Source: Vicugna vicugna
Lineage: Eukaryota
Direction: 5' to 3'
Assembly (NCBI GenBank): GCA_013265495.1
Contig: MU061560.1
Span: 744,001-808,000 of the forward strand
Length of the DNA: 64,000 nt
Part shown: positions 1 through 11,615 of the stretch, in pieces
Layout of the letters: every line of letters begins with the position of its first letter
How positions within the stretch are numbered: position 1 is the stretch's first letter
Program-made: the position numbers and the translations under genes
Notes under the pieces: generated by a model
The model's input: only the letters and a program-made list of their open reading frames with translations
Told to the model about the DNA's origin: nothing
The model's database searches: none

Positions 1-89
1 TAATAGTTCTAGAATTTGAGCAACAAAAGAACTTAGATGGCAAGAAATTAAGTTTATATTTCATTTCTTCCTTCTTCAGTTTCATTCTT

Positions 90-1430
90 TCACCTCATAT
101 TTATAAAGTGCCTATCACGGACCTACCTCTGTTCTAGGGTACTGGGAATATGGAGATGATAAGACACTCACAAGTAGCTCAAGGCTAGAGGGAGAGCAGA
201 TAGGTAAATGAATAACCACAATAAATTATGCTGGTAGAGACACCCACACTGCATAGCCACCTGGACACCTAAACTAGACTGTGAGGGGAGTGGCCAGGGA
301 AAAGGTGGTAACTGAGCTAAATGCAGAATCATGAGTAGCCAGGCAAAACCACAACTACTGGGAGGAAACAGAGAGGATAGATAGATAGATAAATAGATAG
401 ATAGATAGATAGGCAAAGAAAGGAAGAAAGGGAGGAATGAAGCAAGAAAGAAAATATGCAAAAAATATTTTCCATTAAGGGAAGTAAAAGAGGTTCAAGG
501 TGGTTTGAGTGTCTGGGGGAGTGTTTGGGGACAGTGATGACGAAAGATGGAGGAGTAGAAAGAGATGAGACAAGAATGATAAGCAGTGCTGAAAACATGG
601 GCTCTGTGCGCCACACTAACAAGCACACTAATCTGGTGGAATTAAGTAAAGGTTATAAATTGAAGACAGAAGTGATCAGACTTGGCAAGATCATCCTAAT
701 AGTCCTAGAGAATGGTTCTGAGTGAGGAGACCACAGGCAGAGGGGCCAATGCAACAGACACAGAAAGAAGGGCAGAAGTGTAAGACCCAGGAATGAGATA
801 AAAATATGTATGGCTTGGCGATTTGTGACTATGGAGGTAAAATTTAAAAAAGACTTCCAGGTTGGGAAATGGTGAGACTTCAGTGTGAGGAGACAGGAGT
901 AGAGGGTAGGGAAGAGCTGATAAATTTAGTTTTGAATATACTGAGATAGGGCTGTCCAGGAGGTTGTTCAGAACTACATACAGATCTGGAGTTCAGGCTG
1001 GAGGACACAGCTGAAGAGAAGATGTTGCGAATCACAGGATACAAGTGCTGTGCCCAGGGCTTCTCTGGAAGAGCAAGCACCAAGAGCAGAAGAGAAAGGT
1101 TGCTGAGGGTGACCTCCTTGGGCATGCAGAAAACTCTCCTCAGAGAAGAGTAAGACATGGCTACAGAAAACCAGGAGAAGCTGGTGCCCCGACAACCAAG
1201 GAAGAGAGAATTTCACAGCTAGTAGTGTCAAACGCTGCCCACAGACTGAGTAATATACACACTGAATACGTGTCTACTTTGGTTGTAGCATTAAGACCGT
1301 CACTGGCAGATGTGTGGGGAGAATGTTTCAGTGAAATGGTGGGGACTAAAGCCATACTGCTGTGGGTTGATGAGAGACTGGGAAGTGACAAGGTGGTTGA
1401 AGCCATGTGGGGCACACAAATGGAGGAGGA
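90..1430 (-). mobile_element. Old L2 LINE fragments
   Basis: Purine-rich degraded sequence typical of antisense L2 (e.g. gagctgataaatttagttttgaatatactgag, ggagttcaggctggag). Boundaries approximate. Confidence 0.55.
376..412 (+). repeat. (GATA)n microsatellite followed by a GA-rich tract
   Basis: gatagatagatagataaatagatagatagatagatag read directly. Confidence 0.9.
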
Positions 1431-1718
1431 GGAGAAGCCAGTTGTTGAAGGATGTGGCACAACAGTTTTGTTATTGTTAAATAATTTTGTTAAAATTGTA
1501 TCTAGCACCAATCCTGAAATACAGTAGGCATTTAATACAGACTGAATTATCCATTTAAAAGACTTGATCAGCTTTTTCTTCCATCATTACTTCATGAATT
1601 TTTCTTCTTTGTAAGTGTGTCCGTACTGACAAAGATCTGCTTTCTACAAGAAATGTTAGCTGTCTCATGCTCAATTTTGCTTTATAAAAACTATTTCTTG
1701 TTTCAAGATTAGATTAGC

Positions 1719-2752
1719 ACCCCAGAAGAAACTCTAATTCAAAAAGACACCTGCACCTCAATGTTCACAGCAGCACTATTTACAATAGCCAAGACATGGA
1801 AACAGCCTAAATACTCATCGACAGAGAACTGGATAAAGAAGTTGTAGTATTTTTATACCATAGAATACTATTTGGCCACAAAAAAGAATAAAATAATGCC
1901 ATTTGCAGCAGCATGGATGGACCCGGAGATCATCATACTAAGTGAAGTAAGCCAGAAAGAGAAACCAAAATACCGTATGATATCACTTATACGTGGAATC
2001 TTAAAAAAAAAAAAGAGGGGGGGACACAAATGAATTTATTTACAAAACAGAGACAGACTGACAGACATAGAAAACAAACTTATGGTTACCAGGGGGGAAA
2101 AGGAGTGGGGAGGGATAAATCGGGAGTTCAGGATTTGCAGATACTAACTACTATATACAAAATAGGTAAACAAAAGGGTCCTACTATAGAGCAATTTACA
2201 ATAGCCAAGACATGGAAACAGCCTAAATACTCATCGACAGAGAACTGGATAAAGAAGTTGTAGTATTTTTATACCATAGAATACTATTTGGCCACAAAAA
2301 AGAATAAAATAATGCCATTTGCAGCAGCATGGATGGACCCGGAGATCATCATACTAAGTGAAGTAAGCCAGAAAGAGAAACCAAAATACCGTATGATATC
2401 ACTTATACGTGGAATCTTAAAAAAAAAAAAAGGAGGGGGGGACACAAATGAATTTATTTACAAAACAGAGACAGACTCACAGACATAGAAAACAAACTTA
2501 TGGTTACCAGGGGGGAAAAGGAGTGGGGAGGGATAAATCGGGAGTTCAGGATTTGTAGATACTAACTACTATATACAAAATAGGTAAACAAAAGGGTCCT
2601 ACTATAGAGCACAGGGAACTATGTTCCATACCTTGTAATAGCCTACAAAGAAAGAGAATAGGGAAAAGATATATACGTACATATCTGAGTCACTATGCTG
2701 TACAGCAGAAATCAACACAATGTTGTAAAATGACTGCACTTCAATTTTTAAA
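1719..2752 (+). mobile_element. 5'-truncated L1 3' end with an internal ~417-bp tandem duplication
   Basis: ORF2 C-terminal motif (TIAKTWKQPK) plus L1 3' UTR. TSD aagattagattagc (1705-18) / aaggttagattagc (2753-66). Confidence 0.9.
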
Positions 2753-3659
2753 AAGGTTAGATTAGCCCTAACATCTTTCCTCACTGGTGCCTGCCTAGTC
2801 AGTGAGCGCACTGTACAATTTCACTTAAAGGGGTGATTAAAGGTAACAACCTCCACTAAGCAACTTCAGAAATCAAAAGAAAAAAAAATCACATAATGTT
2901 TTGCCATAGTGATACTATACCATTCTTTTAGGAGTTACTGATGTAATCAGTCACCCGTTTTTCAGCCTTTCTCTTAGTAATTCGGTTTCTGAAATTTGTG
3001 CTCTAGCATTAAATTTGAATAACGGTTAAGTTCCAAAGACTCTGGGTTAGTCAAGCTATAAGGTAAATAGAAGAGGCAAAGAAATGACTCTGAAACTTCA
3101 ATTATTTTAATTATTCAGTATTGAAAAAAACAAACAAACAAAAACCCCAAAACCACCCTCCAAATCAGTGAATCTAGAATCAAAGGTAAAATTATAAGGT
3201 ATCAAAAGAAGGAAAGAGATATCTAGAAATTATCTGCCTCTGCTTAACTCTCAGTCTTTTTATGGTAGTAGTTATCAAAACAGCATTTAAGGAAAAAAAA
3301 GATTTCAGAAAAAAAGAATATATCTCGTGAACAACAACAAAAAAACAGCATTTAAGGTTCACTCAGCACCAGGAATAAATGTCTGCCTTTTTCCTTCCTT
3401 GGTTCCAAGGAACGATTGAGAAAATGCATGCAATTATCTATTTCTTGGTCTACTTTGCAGTTAGCTCCATTCAAAGCAGATTTTCACATAGCCAAGGGGT
3501 AGCCATCCCTTTAGCCAGCATCTAATTTGGAACAGATGGACTAAAAGTCACATTTCCTCACGAAGCTGCCATATGAGCAGGTAGCTTGGCCCCTGTCCCT
3601 GGGGTAAATAGGCTAATCTGTCATTATTTTAACCACTTATCTCGGGAAGCCTCTCTGCA

Positions 3660-4330
3660 GCCCCAGAAGCGCCGGCTCACGCGGTCAGGGCCGTGGGAAC
3701 AGAATGTGCTGGCACGGAGCGCGCCGCAGATGGGGACGATGGGGACGGGGACTCACCCCAGCTGCGCGTCGGCGAAGGCGCTTCTCTCCGCGAGCACGTT
3801 CCCGCTTCCGCCGGCTGCCACCTGGCCCACGGTCATGTGCATCCTCCGGCCGCCCGACTCCGCGGCGCCGCCGGCCTCCCGCAGGGCGCGCGTGCTGTGG
3901 AAGGAGCTCTGGTGCCAGGACGAGCGCGCCGCGCGGCCCTGCGCGCTGCCGGGCTGCACGGGCGCCGGCGGCCGGACCTGCCCCGCCGCGGGCCCCGGGG
4001 CCAGGTAGTTCTCCTTCTCCAGGAGGTTGCCCAGGCTGTGGCTGGTCCCGGGCCTGGGGTAGGTGAGCAGCACCGGCGCCACAGGGGCGCCGTCGAAGAC
4101 GGCGTCCTGGTAGCGCCGCTGGTAAGTGTCGTAGTGGCGCTGCCTGCTCGCCGCCACCGAGTGGTTGAAGCCGACGATTTCGGAGCGCGCGTAGCGCGGC
4201 GGCAGCGCGGGCGCGGAGCGGCGGCCCTCCTGGGCCCGCAGCGTGAGCCCGGCCTGGCTCCTCTGGCTGTACTGCGGCTCGCCGGGCGGGTACTGGGCCC
4301 TCTCCGGGCTGCTGTCCGGGGAAATCTCAA
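3660..4330. other. Intragenic CpG-island-like segment over PKP2 exon 3
   Basis: Dense CpG and GC content (49/60 G+C counted in 3961-4020) against AT-rich flanks. Confidence 0.8.
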
Positions 4331-4436
4331 GTCTCCGGAGAGGCTGCCTCAGGGACCTTTCTTCCACTGACTTCTGCGAGCTGTACTGCGAAGTTCCTCT
4401 CCCCCAGCGGGCTTCGTAAGTGGCGGTTGTGCCTGT
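3757..4436 (-). CDS. PKP2: Plakophilin-2 coding exon 3 (680 nt, head domain)
   Basis: [14 protein letters not shown]...[14 protein letters not shown]...[11 protein letters not shown]...[10 protein letters not shown]...[12 protein letters not shown]...FADAQLG. Polypyrimidine tract plus TGCAG| acceptor at 4437, donor GG|GTGAGT at 3757/3756. Exon 4 onward is not seen in the window. Confidence 0.96.
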
Positions 4437-4732
4437 CTGCACAAGACAGAAAGAAAGTTCAAATCAGGCGGGAATCACTTTTCATCTGCATTGTCCACTG
4501 ATGCTAGGATGATTATACAAGAGGTTGGTTTCTCTAGGGCAAGTGGAGAAGTCGGCCCCTTTCTGGGTAAAATCTGGTTTTAAACAAGACTTGGTTGACT
4601 ACTATCTGCACCAGGATTTGATACCGTTTAGTGCCTGGTTTTCCATGGTGTCCACACAAAGCCAATCTTCTCATAATTCATTTAGGCAATGGTAATACTT
4701 GAGAATGGTAAACATTAAAAAATAAAACTCTA

Positions 4733-5012
4733 AGACTCACAGACATAGACTATAAACTTGTGGTTGCCAGGGAGGAGGGGGTTGGGAAGGGATAAACTGG
4801 GTGTTTGAGATTTGCAGATGCTGACAGGTATATAGAGAACAGACAAGTTTATACTGTGTAGCACAGGGAAATATAGTCAAGATTTTGTGGTAGCTCATGG
4901 TGAAAAAGAATAGGAAAATGAATATATGTATATTCATGTATGACTGAAGCATTGTGCTGTGCACCAGTAATTGATACAACATCGTAAACTGACTATAACT
5001 CAATTAAAAAAA
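4733..5012 (+). mobile_element. Short L1 3' UTR fragment in PKP2 intron 2
   Basis: agactcacagacatag...gtaaactgactataactcaattaaaaaaa, the same 3' UTR as other L1 copies in the window. Confidence 0.85.
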
Positions 5013-5022
5013 TAAACCTACA

Positions 5023-5140
5023 GAGGAAGGATATAGCTCAGTGGTAGAGGGCGTGCTCAGCATGCAAGAGGTCCTCGGTTCAATCCCCGGTGCCTCCATT
5101 AAAATAAATAAACTCAATTACCTCCAGCCCCCCAAAATAA
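5023..5140 (+). mobile_element. tRNA-Ala-derived SINE (camelid vic-1-like)
   Basis: A box tagctcagtggtagag, B box ggttcaatccc, tail aaataaataaac..aattacctcc. Flanked by aaccta(c)a direct repeats. Confidence 0.85.
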
Positions 5141-5212
5141 AAATAACCTACAAAGTTTAAACATGTTTACATGGCAATCCAGCAGCAAGGGCTCTATTCT
5201 CCGGTACCATAC

Positions 5213-5325
5213 CTTCAGCACGTCATAGGTTTTAGTAAAAGGGAAGCGCCCAGCAGCAAAGTCATTTTCAACCAAGTGTAGATTGTGGACATATTCGGGA
5301 ACACTGGTAGCTCGGTGAAGATTTC
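5213..5325 (-). CDS. PKP2: Plakophilin-2 coding exon 2 (113 nt)
   Basis: (G)[37 protein letters not shown]. Acceptor TTGCAG|GA at 5326/5325 and donor AAG|GTATGG at 5213/5212. Phase joins exon 1 (223+113=336 nt). Confidence 0.96.
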
Positions 5326-5570
5326 CTGCAACAAAGCACACATTAGGAGAATATAAGTGGGCCAATCAGTAGTTAAAGATTATATAATAATAGTATATTT
5401 TCAATTTGCGCAATGAAGGTCAATGACAAGCATTATTTTTTTATATGAGTGGCTTTTTAAGTGCTAGTTTAACATCACCCTTGGAGGATGTGGCAAATGA
5501 CCACAAGGTGATCACAATATTCTCCACAAGCTTTTCAAAATAAAAGTTGAATTAAAAATAAAGATGTTCC

Positions 5571-6640
5571 AGGTTTTAGTGGGAAGGCGTTCAGTTTTTC
5601 ACCACTGAGTAGTATGCTGGCTATAGGTCTGTAGCTTTTATTATGTTGAGATATGTTCCCTCTATACACACTTTGCTAAGTTTTTATCATAAATGGGTGT
5701 TGAATTTTATCAAATGCCTTTTCTGCATCTATTGAGATGATCATGTGGTTTTTGTCCTTTCTTTTGTTGACGTGGTGTATCACACTGAGTGATTTGTGCA
5801 TGGCTATAATGAGGTATCAACCTCACACCAGTCAGAATGGCCATCATACAAAAGTCTATGAGCAATAAATGCTGGAGAGGGTGTGGAGCAAAGGGAACCC
5901 TCCTATACTGCTGGTGGGAATGTAGTTTGGTGCAGCCACTATGGAAAACAGTATGGAGATTCCTTGAAAGACTAAAAATAGACTTACCATATGATCTAGC
6001 AATCCCACCCTGGGTATATATCCGGAGGGAAATCTAATTTGAAAAGACGTATGCACCCCAATGTTCACAGCAGCACTATTTACAGTAGCTGAGACATAGA
6101 AACAACCTAAATGTCCACAGACAGATAACTGGATAAAGAAGCTGTGGTATACTTATATAATGGAATACCACTCAGCCATAAAAAAGAATGCCATTTGCAG
6201 CAACATGGATGGACCTAGAGATCGTCATTCTAAGTGAAGTAAGCCAGAAAGAGAAAGAAAAATACTATATGATATCACTCATACATGGAATCTAAAAAAA
6301 GAAAGAAAGAAAAAGGACACTATGAAAACTCATCTACAAAACAGAAACAGACTTGCAGACATAGTAAACAATCTTATGGTTACCAGGAAAGGGGGTGGGA
6401 AGGGATAAATCTGGGGATTTGAGATTTACAGATGTTAGCCACTTACATAAAAATAGATAAAAAACAAATTTCTTCCGTATAGCACAGGGAACTATGTTCA
6501 GTATCTTGTAATAACCTTTAGTGAAAAATAATATGAAAACGAATACATGTGTGTATACGCATGACTGGGACATTGTGCTTCACACCAGAAATTGACACAT
6601 TGTAACTGATGGTACTTTGATTAAAAAAAAATAAAATTTA
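5571..6640 (+). mobile_element. L1 with 5' inversion (antisense ORF2 piece ~5571-5800, sense 3' end ~5805-6640)
   Basis: An antisense RT-region segment (aaatgccttttctgcatctattgagatgatcatgtgg) abuts a sense ORF2 C-terminus ([21 protein letters not shown]), 3' UTR and A-tail. Confidence 0.8.
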
Positions 6641-9600
6641 AAAACAATTTTTTTAAGACGTATTTTTTTTTAAAGAATTTTTTTCTTTTGCTGAAAGGGA
6701 AGAAAGGAGAGGGGATTTTCACAAAAATCATTAAGAATGTTTATTAGAATGCTGAAGAATTTGGTTTGGGAATTACTCATTGGCTTTAGTAGTCCATACT
6801 AGAAAAGTTCAGTTTCTTAAGTCAGAGTAGGAGACCTCTATTTCCAAGGTAGGAACTCCGAAGCTTCCTGAGGAGGATGTAGGTAAAGGCAATAAATATA
6901 ATGGGTTGGTGTAGTCAAAGAAAACTTTGCATGGATCAGCTTTGAAAGGGCCAACTCTGGCCTGAGGCACTTGGCGATGTGAGAGGTAGGTAGGACAGGG
7001 AATCAACCTCCTGCCTAACACTTAGTATGGGGTCTAGGAGGCAGCCGATTCCCGCAGACACTGCACAGAAGGCAGCCCTTTCTGCTCACCCCGGTGGGGC
7101 CTGCAGGGACTCTCAACTGAAGCAAGTCTTTTAAAACGCTCCTCTTTGAGGAGGGGGCAGTCGAAGACAGTATTTTGACCCTTCTCTCTACCTACTTCCT
7201 TTATCCTTCTCCCAGCTTTTTATTTGTTCTTTTGTAATCTCCCACTGTCTTAAAAAAAAAAAAAGGCTAATCAAAACAAAGGCTTCTAAAACCTAGGTAA
7301 TTTCTAGTTCCCTAATTTTAACCAAAATTACTTTCTCTGTCATGTAGCATTCTTTTAGAAATCAAAGGAAAAACTAAAATACTCAGTTAACTCTTCTACG
7401 CTTCAGAGGCTTGCGAAAGATGTTCAGAATAAAGCAACACAGGCTGATCCTTTCCAATACAACTGGAAGGTACCAACATACTTTTTCCAATAAATTGTTA
7501 TAAAGTCAAAATTTCAAAGACTAACTACAGACTCACAAGTTATTTTGAGGGAGAGGGGAATGGAGAGTGTTGCTGTCAGAGAGTTAAAAAGTATGAATCC
7601 ATCCCAAGTTGTGTTTGTACATGTGTCTTATTTCCTGGAGCCAAACAATCTGGCTGGTAAACAGGTTTTAAGCCTCAAGGGGTCCTGGGGGAGGCAGCCG
7701 CAGGCTTGTAACTGTCACCCTGAAGACCAGAAGAGTTGAGCTAAGCCAGGCATCTCCTGTTTCTAGGGGCCTGACTTCTTCTCAAGGGTTAGCAAAAGGT
7801 CAGGCAGCCCCTTAATTTTTAACCTCAGCGACACAGGGTGATGCCTGCAACCAGGACATTGAATGAGGGAAAGGAATCGTCAATACGACCCCAGAGCAAA
7901 GGTTGTGAGAGGCATAAGTACTGAACTCTGGAAGCCTGCCTGGGCTCCTGCCTGTGGTCCCCAGCTCTGGTCCCCCTCCTCCTTCTCTCGCCCCCGCCCC
8001 CACCGCAGGCTATGGGGAGGCTGGGCTGCCAGGGTCCTGCTGGTATGGGAAAGGAGGCTAAATGTTTATCTTACATTGCTTAACTCACATTGTTGCTTGG
8101 GGGTGGGGGTAAAGGCCTTTAAAAGCAACTTGGATGAACTCCTTACATTTCAGTATTACTTTTCTTTAAGGAGCTCTAATTACTTTATGTACTTTTTAAT
8201 CAATATTCTGTGGTGCAGTTAGCTATCATGTCCCTTCATAAACAGGGAAATGTAAATTACTTGCAGAGAGATTTAATGTCAGGCTTGAAGTCTGGGTTCA
8301 GCCTTTCCACTGACGTCCACCATCTGACTGCATCGTGGCTGTTCTGAAATTGCCATTTGACCAAATCCCTGGAGGGGCTGTGTTCACAGGTTTTGACATG
8401 AGAACCAGAAACAATCATTCTCTTTCCCCTTGAACCTTTTGCCGCGGCAACTGCAAATACTCTGTAAATGTTCATTCTTTATTTGCTGACATAAATCCTT
8501 ATAAGGAAACTTCTCCTTCAGTCTTCAGATGAATGAACTGAGGCTGGTTTACTGGTTCGCAAAATAACTACAAGGTAGTTGGTAACAGGCAATAAAATAA
8601 GATCAGATCTTTAAACCACGGACTCTTCCTGTGCACGAAAAGGTCTGACTCCTAATATTCAACCAGCAGGATGGCTCAGGAGATGGTTTCTCTGGTTAAA
8701 AGGACAATCTTAAACAACAAATAATGCAGATTAATTGGCCTCGGCAGTCATGAGTTTGAGATCAGTGCAGTGGATTAGTGAATTAGCAGCTGTGTTCTAA
8801 GATTTTAAAGAAATTTTGAACTGGGTGGAATTAAAAATAAAAAGGTTAAATATTAATCAGGGTGGAAACTAATCTCATAAGGGCAAACCATTATTTTCTG
8901 CTCAATCAGAGGAAAAAAGATGTAATAATATGACTATTGAACATACAAAATAATTCAGCCATGCTCTTCCCCAAAAATAGAAACAAGAAAGCAACAAAAG
9001 CATACTATACATACAGGCACATCCTGCTTTAAATAAATCCAACATAAAAAAATCCGTATTTTCTAATGTGGAAAATTAGGGCATGACTATATTTCAAAGG
9101 ATTTCTTTACTTCAAAAAAGGATGTAGGTATTTTCTTTAAGCTGAGAAATCTGTGGACTTGGTCTGGAGCCTCCAACTCTACTACTCTCTGTGTGTCTGG
9201 ACAAAAAACTTAGATTTATTTCCCGTAATCCCACCTACTAACAGCTGCTGAGAGAGAGGTTTAGCTGAGGAAAAAAAAAAATATATTCAAGTGCTTTTAA
9301 ATTGTAAAGCAAAATGCAAAAACTAAGATATGGTTTAAAAAAAAAGAATTTGGGTCACAAAATTTGTTTTGCATACATTTTCATGAATTAATCTGCTGTA
9401 GAAAGAGGGTAAACTAGTTTGCGTGCTCTAATTTACACGGAGTTGTATCGCAGTTTTTATTCTGGTAATTTGGCTTTTTTCTGGTTATTTCTGATCGACC
9501 CAGACACTGAGGATCACCATGACATTACTGTGGGTTGACCAGTTGTTCGTTTCACTGACCCAGTACATAATGTGCTTCTGCTGTTTCCTACTGAAGGCGA

Positions 9601-11499
9601 TGGTTCATAGGGAATATTTCAAATTAATTAACTCAGGCAACATCCAAACCTTTTTTTCCAAGAACACTGCGGACGTCTGTGGAGCCCAGTTTAAGGGAAA
9701 TGAAGGAGGTAGTTACAGAACCCTATCCTCTTCAAATAAGCCAATTCAGGACAAGGCAACTGTGCAGGGGCAGGGCTGGAGGTGCGGGGTTGTTGGGGGG
9801 GAAGCGAGGGGGGTTGGTCTTGATGGTGGAAGGATTCCAAATTGCTCAGAGGGTTGCAAAGATGCAGACCTCACAGGAGTGTAATTTTCTCTCATTCTAG
9901 GTCTAGATGTGAATCTGAATGATGTGATTCCCAAAGCAGCTGCTCATGGGAAAACCACCCTGGTTTCCGGTCATCTATGCAAGTATTGTCCAAAATAATG
10001 AAATACTGTTAAGGGTCAAAAGTAATAAATTAATTTCTATTATCTGTTCTTTCTTTGTAGGTTTTGACACCAGCTTTATTACCTTATTGGTTAAATTTAA
10101 TACATTTATGAAATCAAATTGACAAGCCTCTATTGGGACCCTATTACCTATATCTGGGCACTTTAAAAAATCGACTACAGTTTCCCTTATGGTAAGTAGA
10201 TGATAGAGAACTGCTAAACAAACAGCAAAACTTTTATATAACCTGCTTATATTAGAGAGAAGAGAGGAGCATTCACATTCAGGAAGCATCTTTCCTCTCA
10301 AGCCTCTGCACTCCAAGCGTGGTTAAAAAACTGATGGACTTCACACTGAGCTCTAAAAGGAGACTGTGTGGTGGAGATGGAGGGAGTAAGAAATTCCCAT
10401 GAAAACAGGTATGGTTAAATGTATGCATATGAATCAGTAGGTGTTCGCTACCAGTATTAAATGCTACACTTAATTGTGCTGACAATCACAAGCTGTTGCC
10501 TTCACAGTGGATTCTGTGGTCTTTTTGGTGGAAAGAGACTGCGAGTCTAAAAGCCATCATCTTCTTGAATTTGGTCTTTCCTCTGGGTACCAGCAGCTCC
10601 CTTTCTCCACATACCTTAAAAAGATTTAACTTCTTCCATTAAAGTAAAATTGAGGACATGTTATAGGTGAGATTATGACATATGATCTATATGACAATCT
10701 GGAACCTTATCAGAAGGAATTTCTATGGCAATTCATATTTAAATAGCTCCTTAAAATCATTTACTAACAAAAGTAGGTACTTAAAAGAACACATGAAACA
10801 TGTTAGGACCATTAAGAGCCAAACATCAGGACTTCTGAATTAGTGAAGTATTTTTCTTTGCCTGTGTGGGCATACAACATAGAATTCATTACCCTGGACT
10901 TAACATTAAAAAAAAAAAAATTCCTCTCTCTTCTTCTATTTTTTACTTTCTAAGAAAAATTACTAGATATTCATGGAAACCACAATTCCACACCTTGTAT
11001 CCAGCTCCCATAAGCACTTGCTCAGGCTGGATGATGAGTGGAATTTATTGGTTTAAAAAAACCATAGCAAGGGATTGTTTTAAAGCAGATCAAAGCCTAA
11101 TAATGTTTTGCATTTTTGAAAAATTCACAAAAAGTGTGCAGTGCTGTAAGTGACCAATTAAGACAGCTCCCACAGTCGACCATGAGAAACAACTCAGTGA
11201 AAATTGAGTGTACAGCTGGCAAGTACTTGCTATGAGTTCTTACAAACTGGAATATGCCAGGAGTCAGCTCAGCGTTGGTGGTACAGCAGTGAGCACAGGT
11301 GAACTTCCAGCAAAGCTGAACAGGTCAGGGACAGACCAGCTCTCCCGGCAGAAAGGGCCACATGCTTCACAGTCGGTGGCCATCACCCACTAACATCTTA
11401 GCCAGCCACCAGAAGTCCTTATTTCCCAGGACCCCCGTAAGCAGTTTGGGGTTATCCTCTGATACATCTGTTTAAGATATTTAAAAAAAAAATCAGTTG

Positions 11500-11615
11500 C
11501 AAGGGTAATTAGGTTTATTTGTTATTATTTAATGGAGGTGCTGGGGATTGAACCCAGGACCTCACGCACGCACGCTAGGCATGCGCTCTATCACTGAGCT
11601 ATATACCCTCCCCCC
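11500..11615 (-). mobile_element. tRNA-derived SINE (vic-1-like)
   Basis: gggtaattaggtttattt...ggggattgaacccaggacc...cactgagctatataccctcccc. Confidence 0.85.

Noticed and set aside
880..1527. 160-aa and 116-aa ORFs
   Set aside because: They lie in degraded L2-like sequence and do not resemble PKP2 exon 4 or another known protein.
3586..4370. Long plus-strand and alternative-frame ORFs (225, 165, 140, 120 aa) over exon 3
   Set aside because: Expected from stop-codon scarcity in GC-rich sequence overlapping the real PKP2 exon. No recognisable protein.
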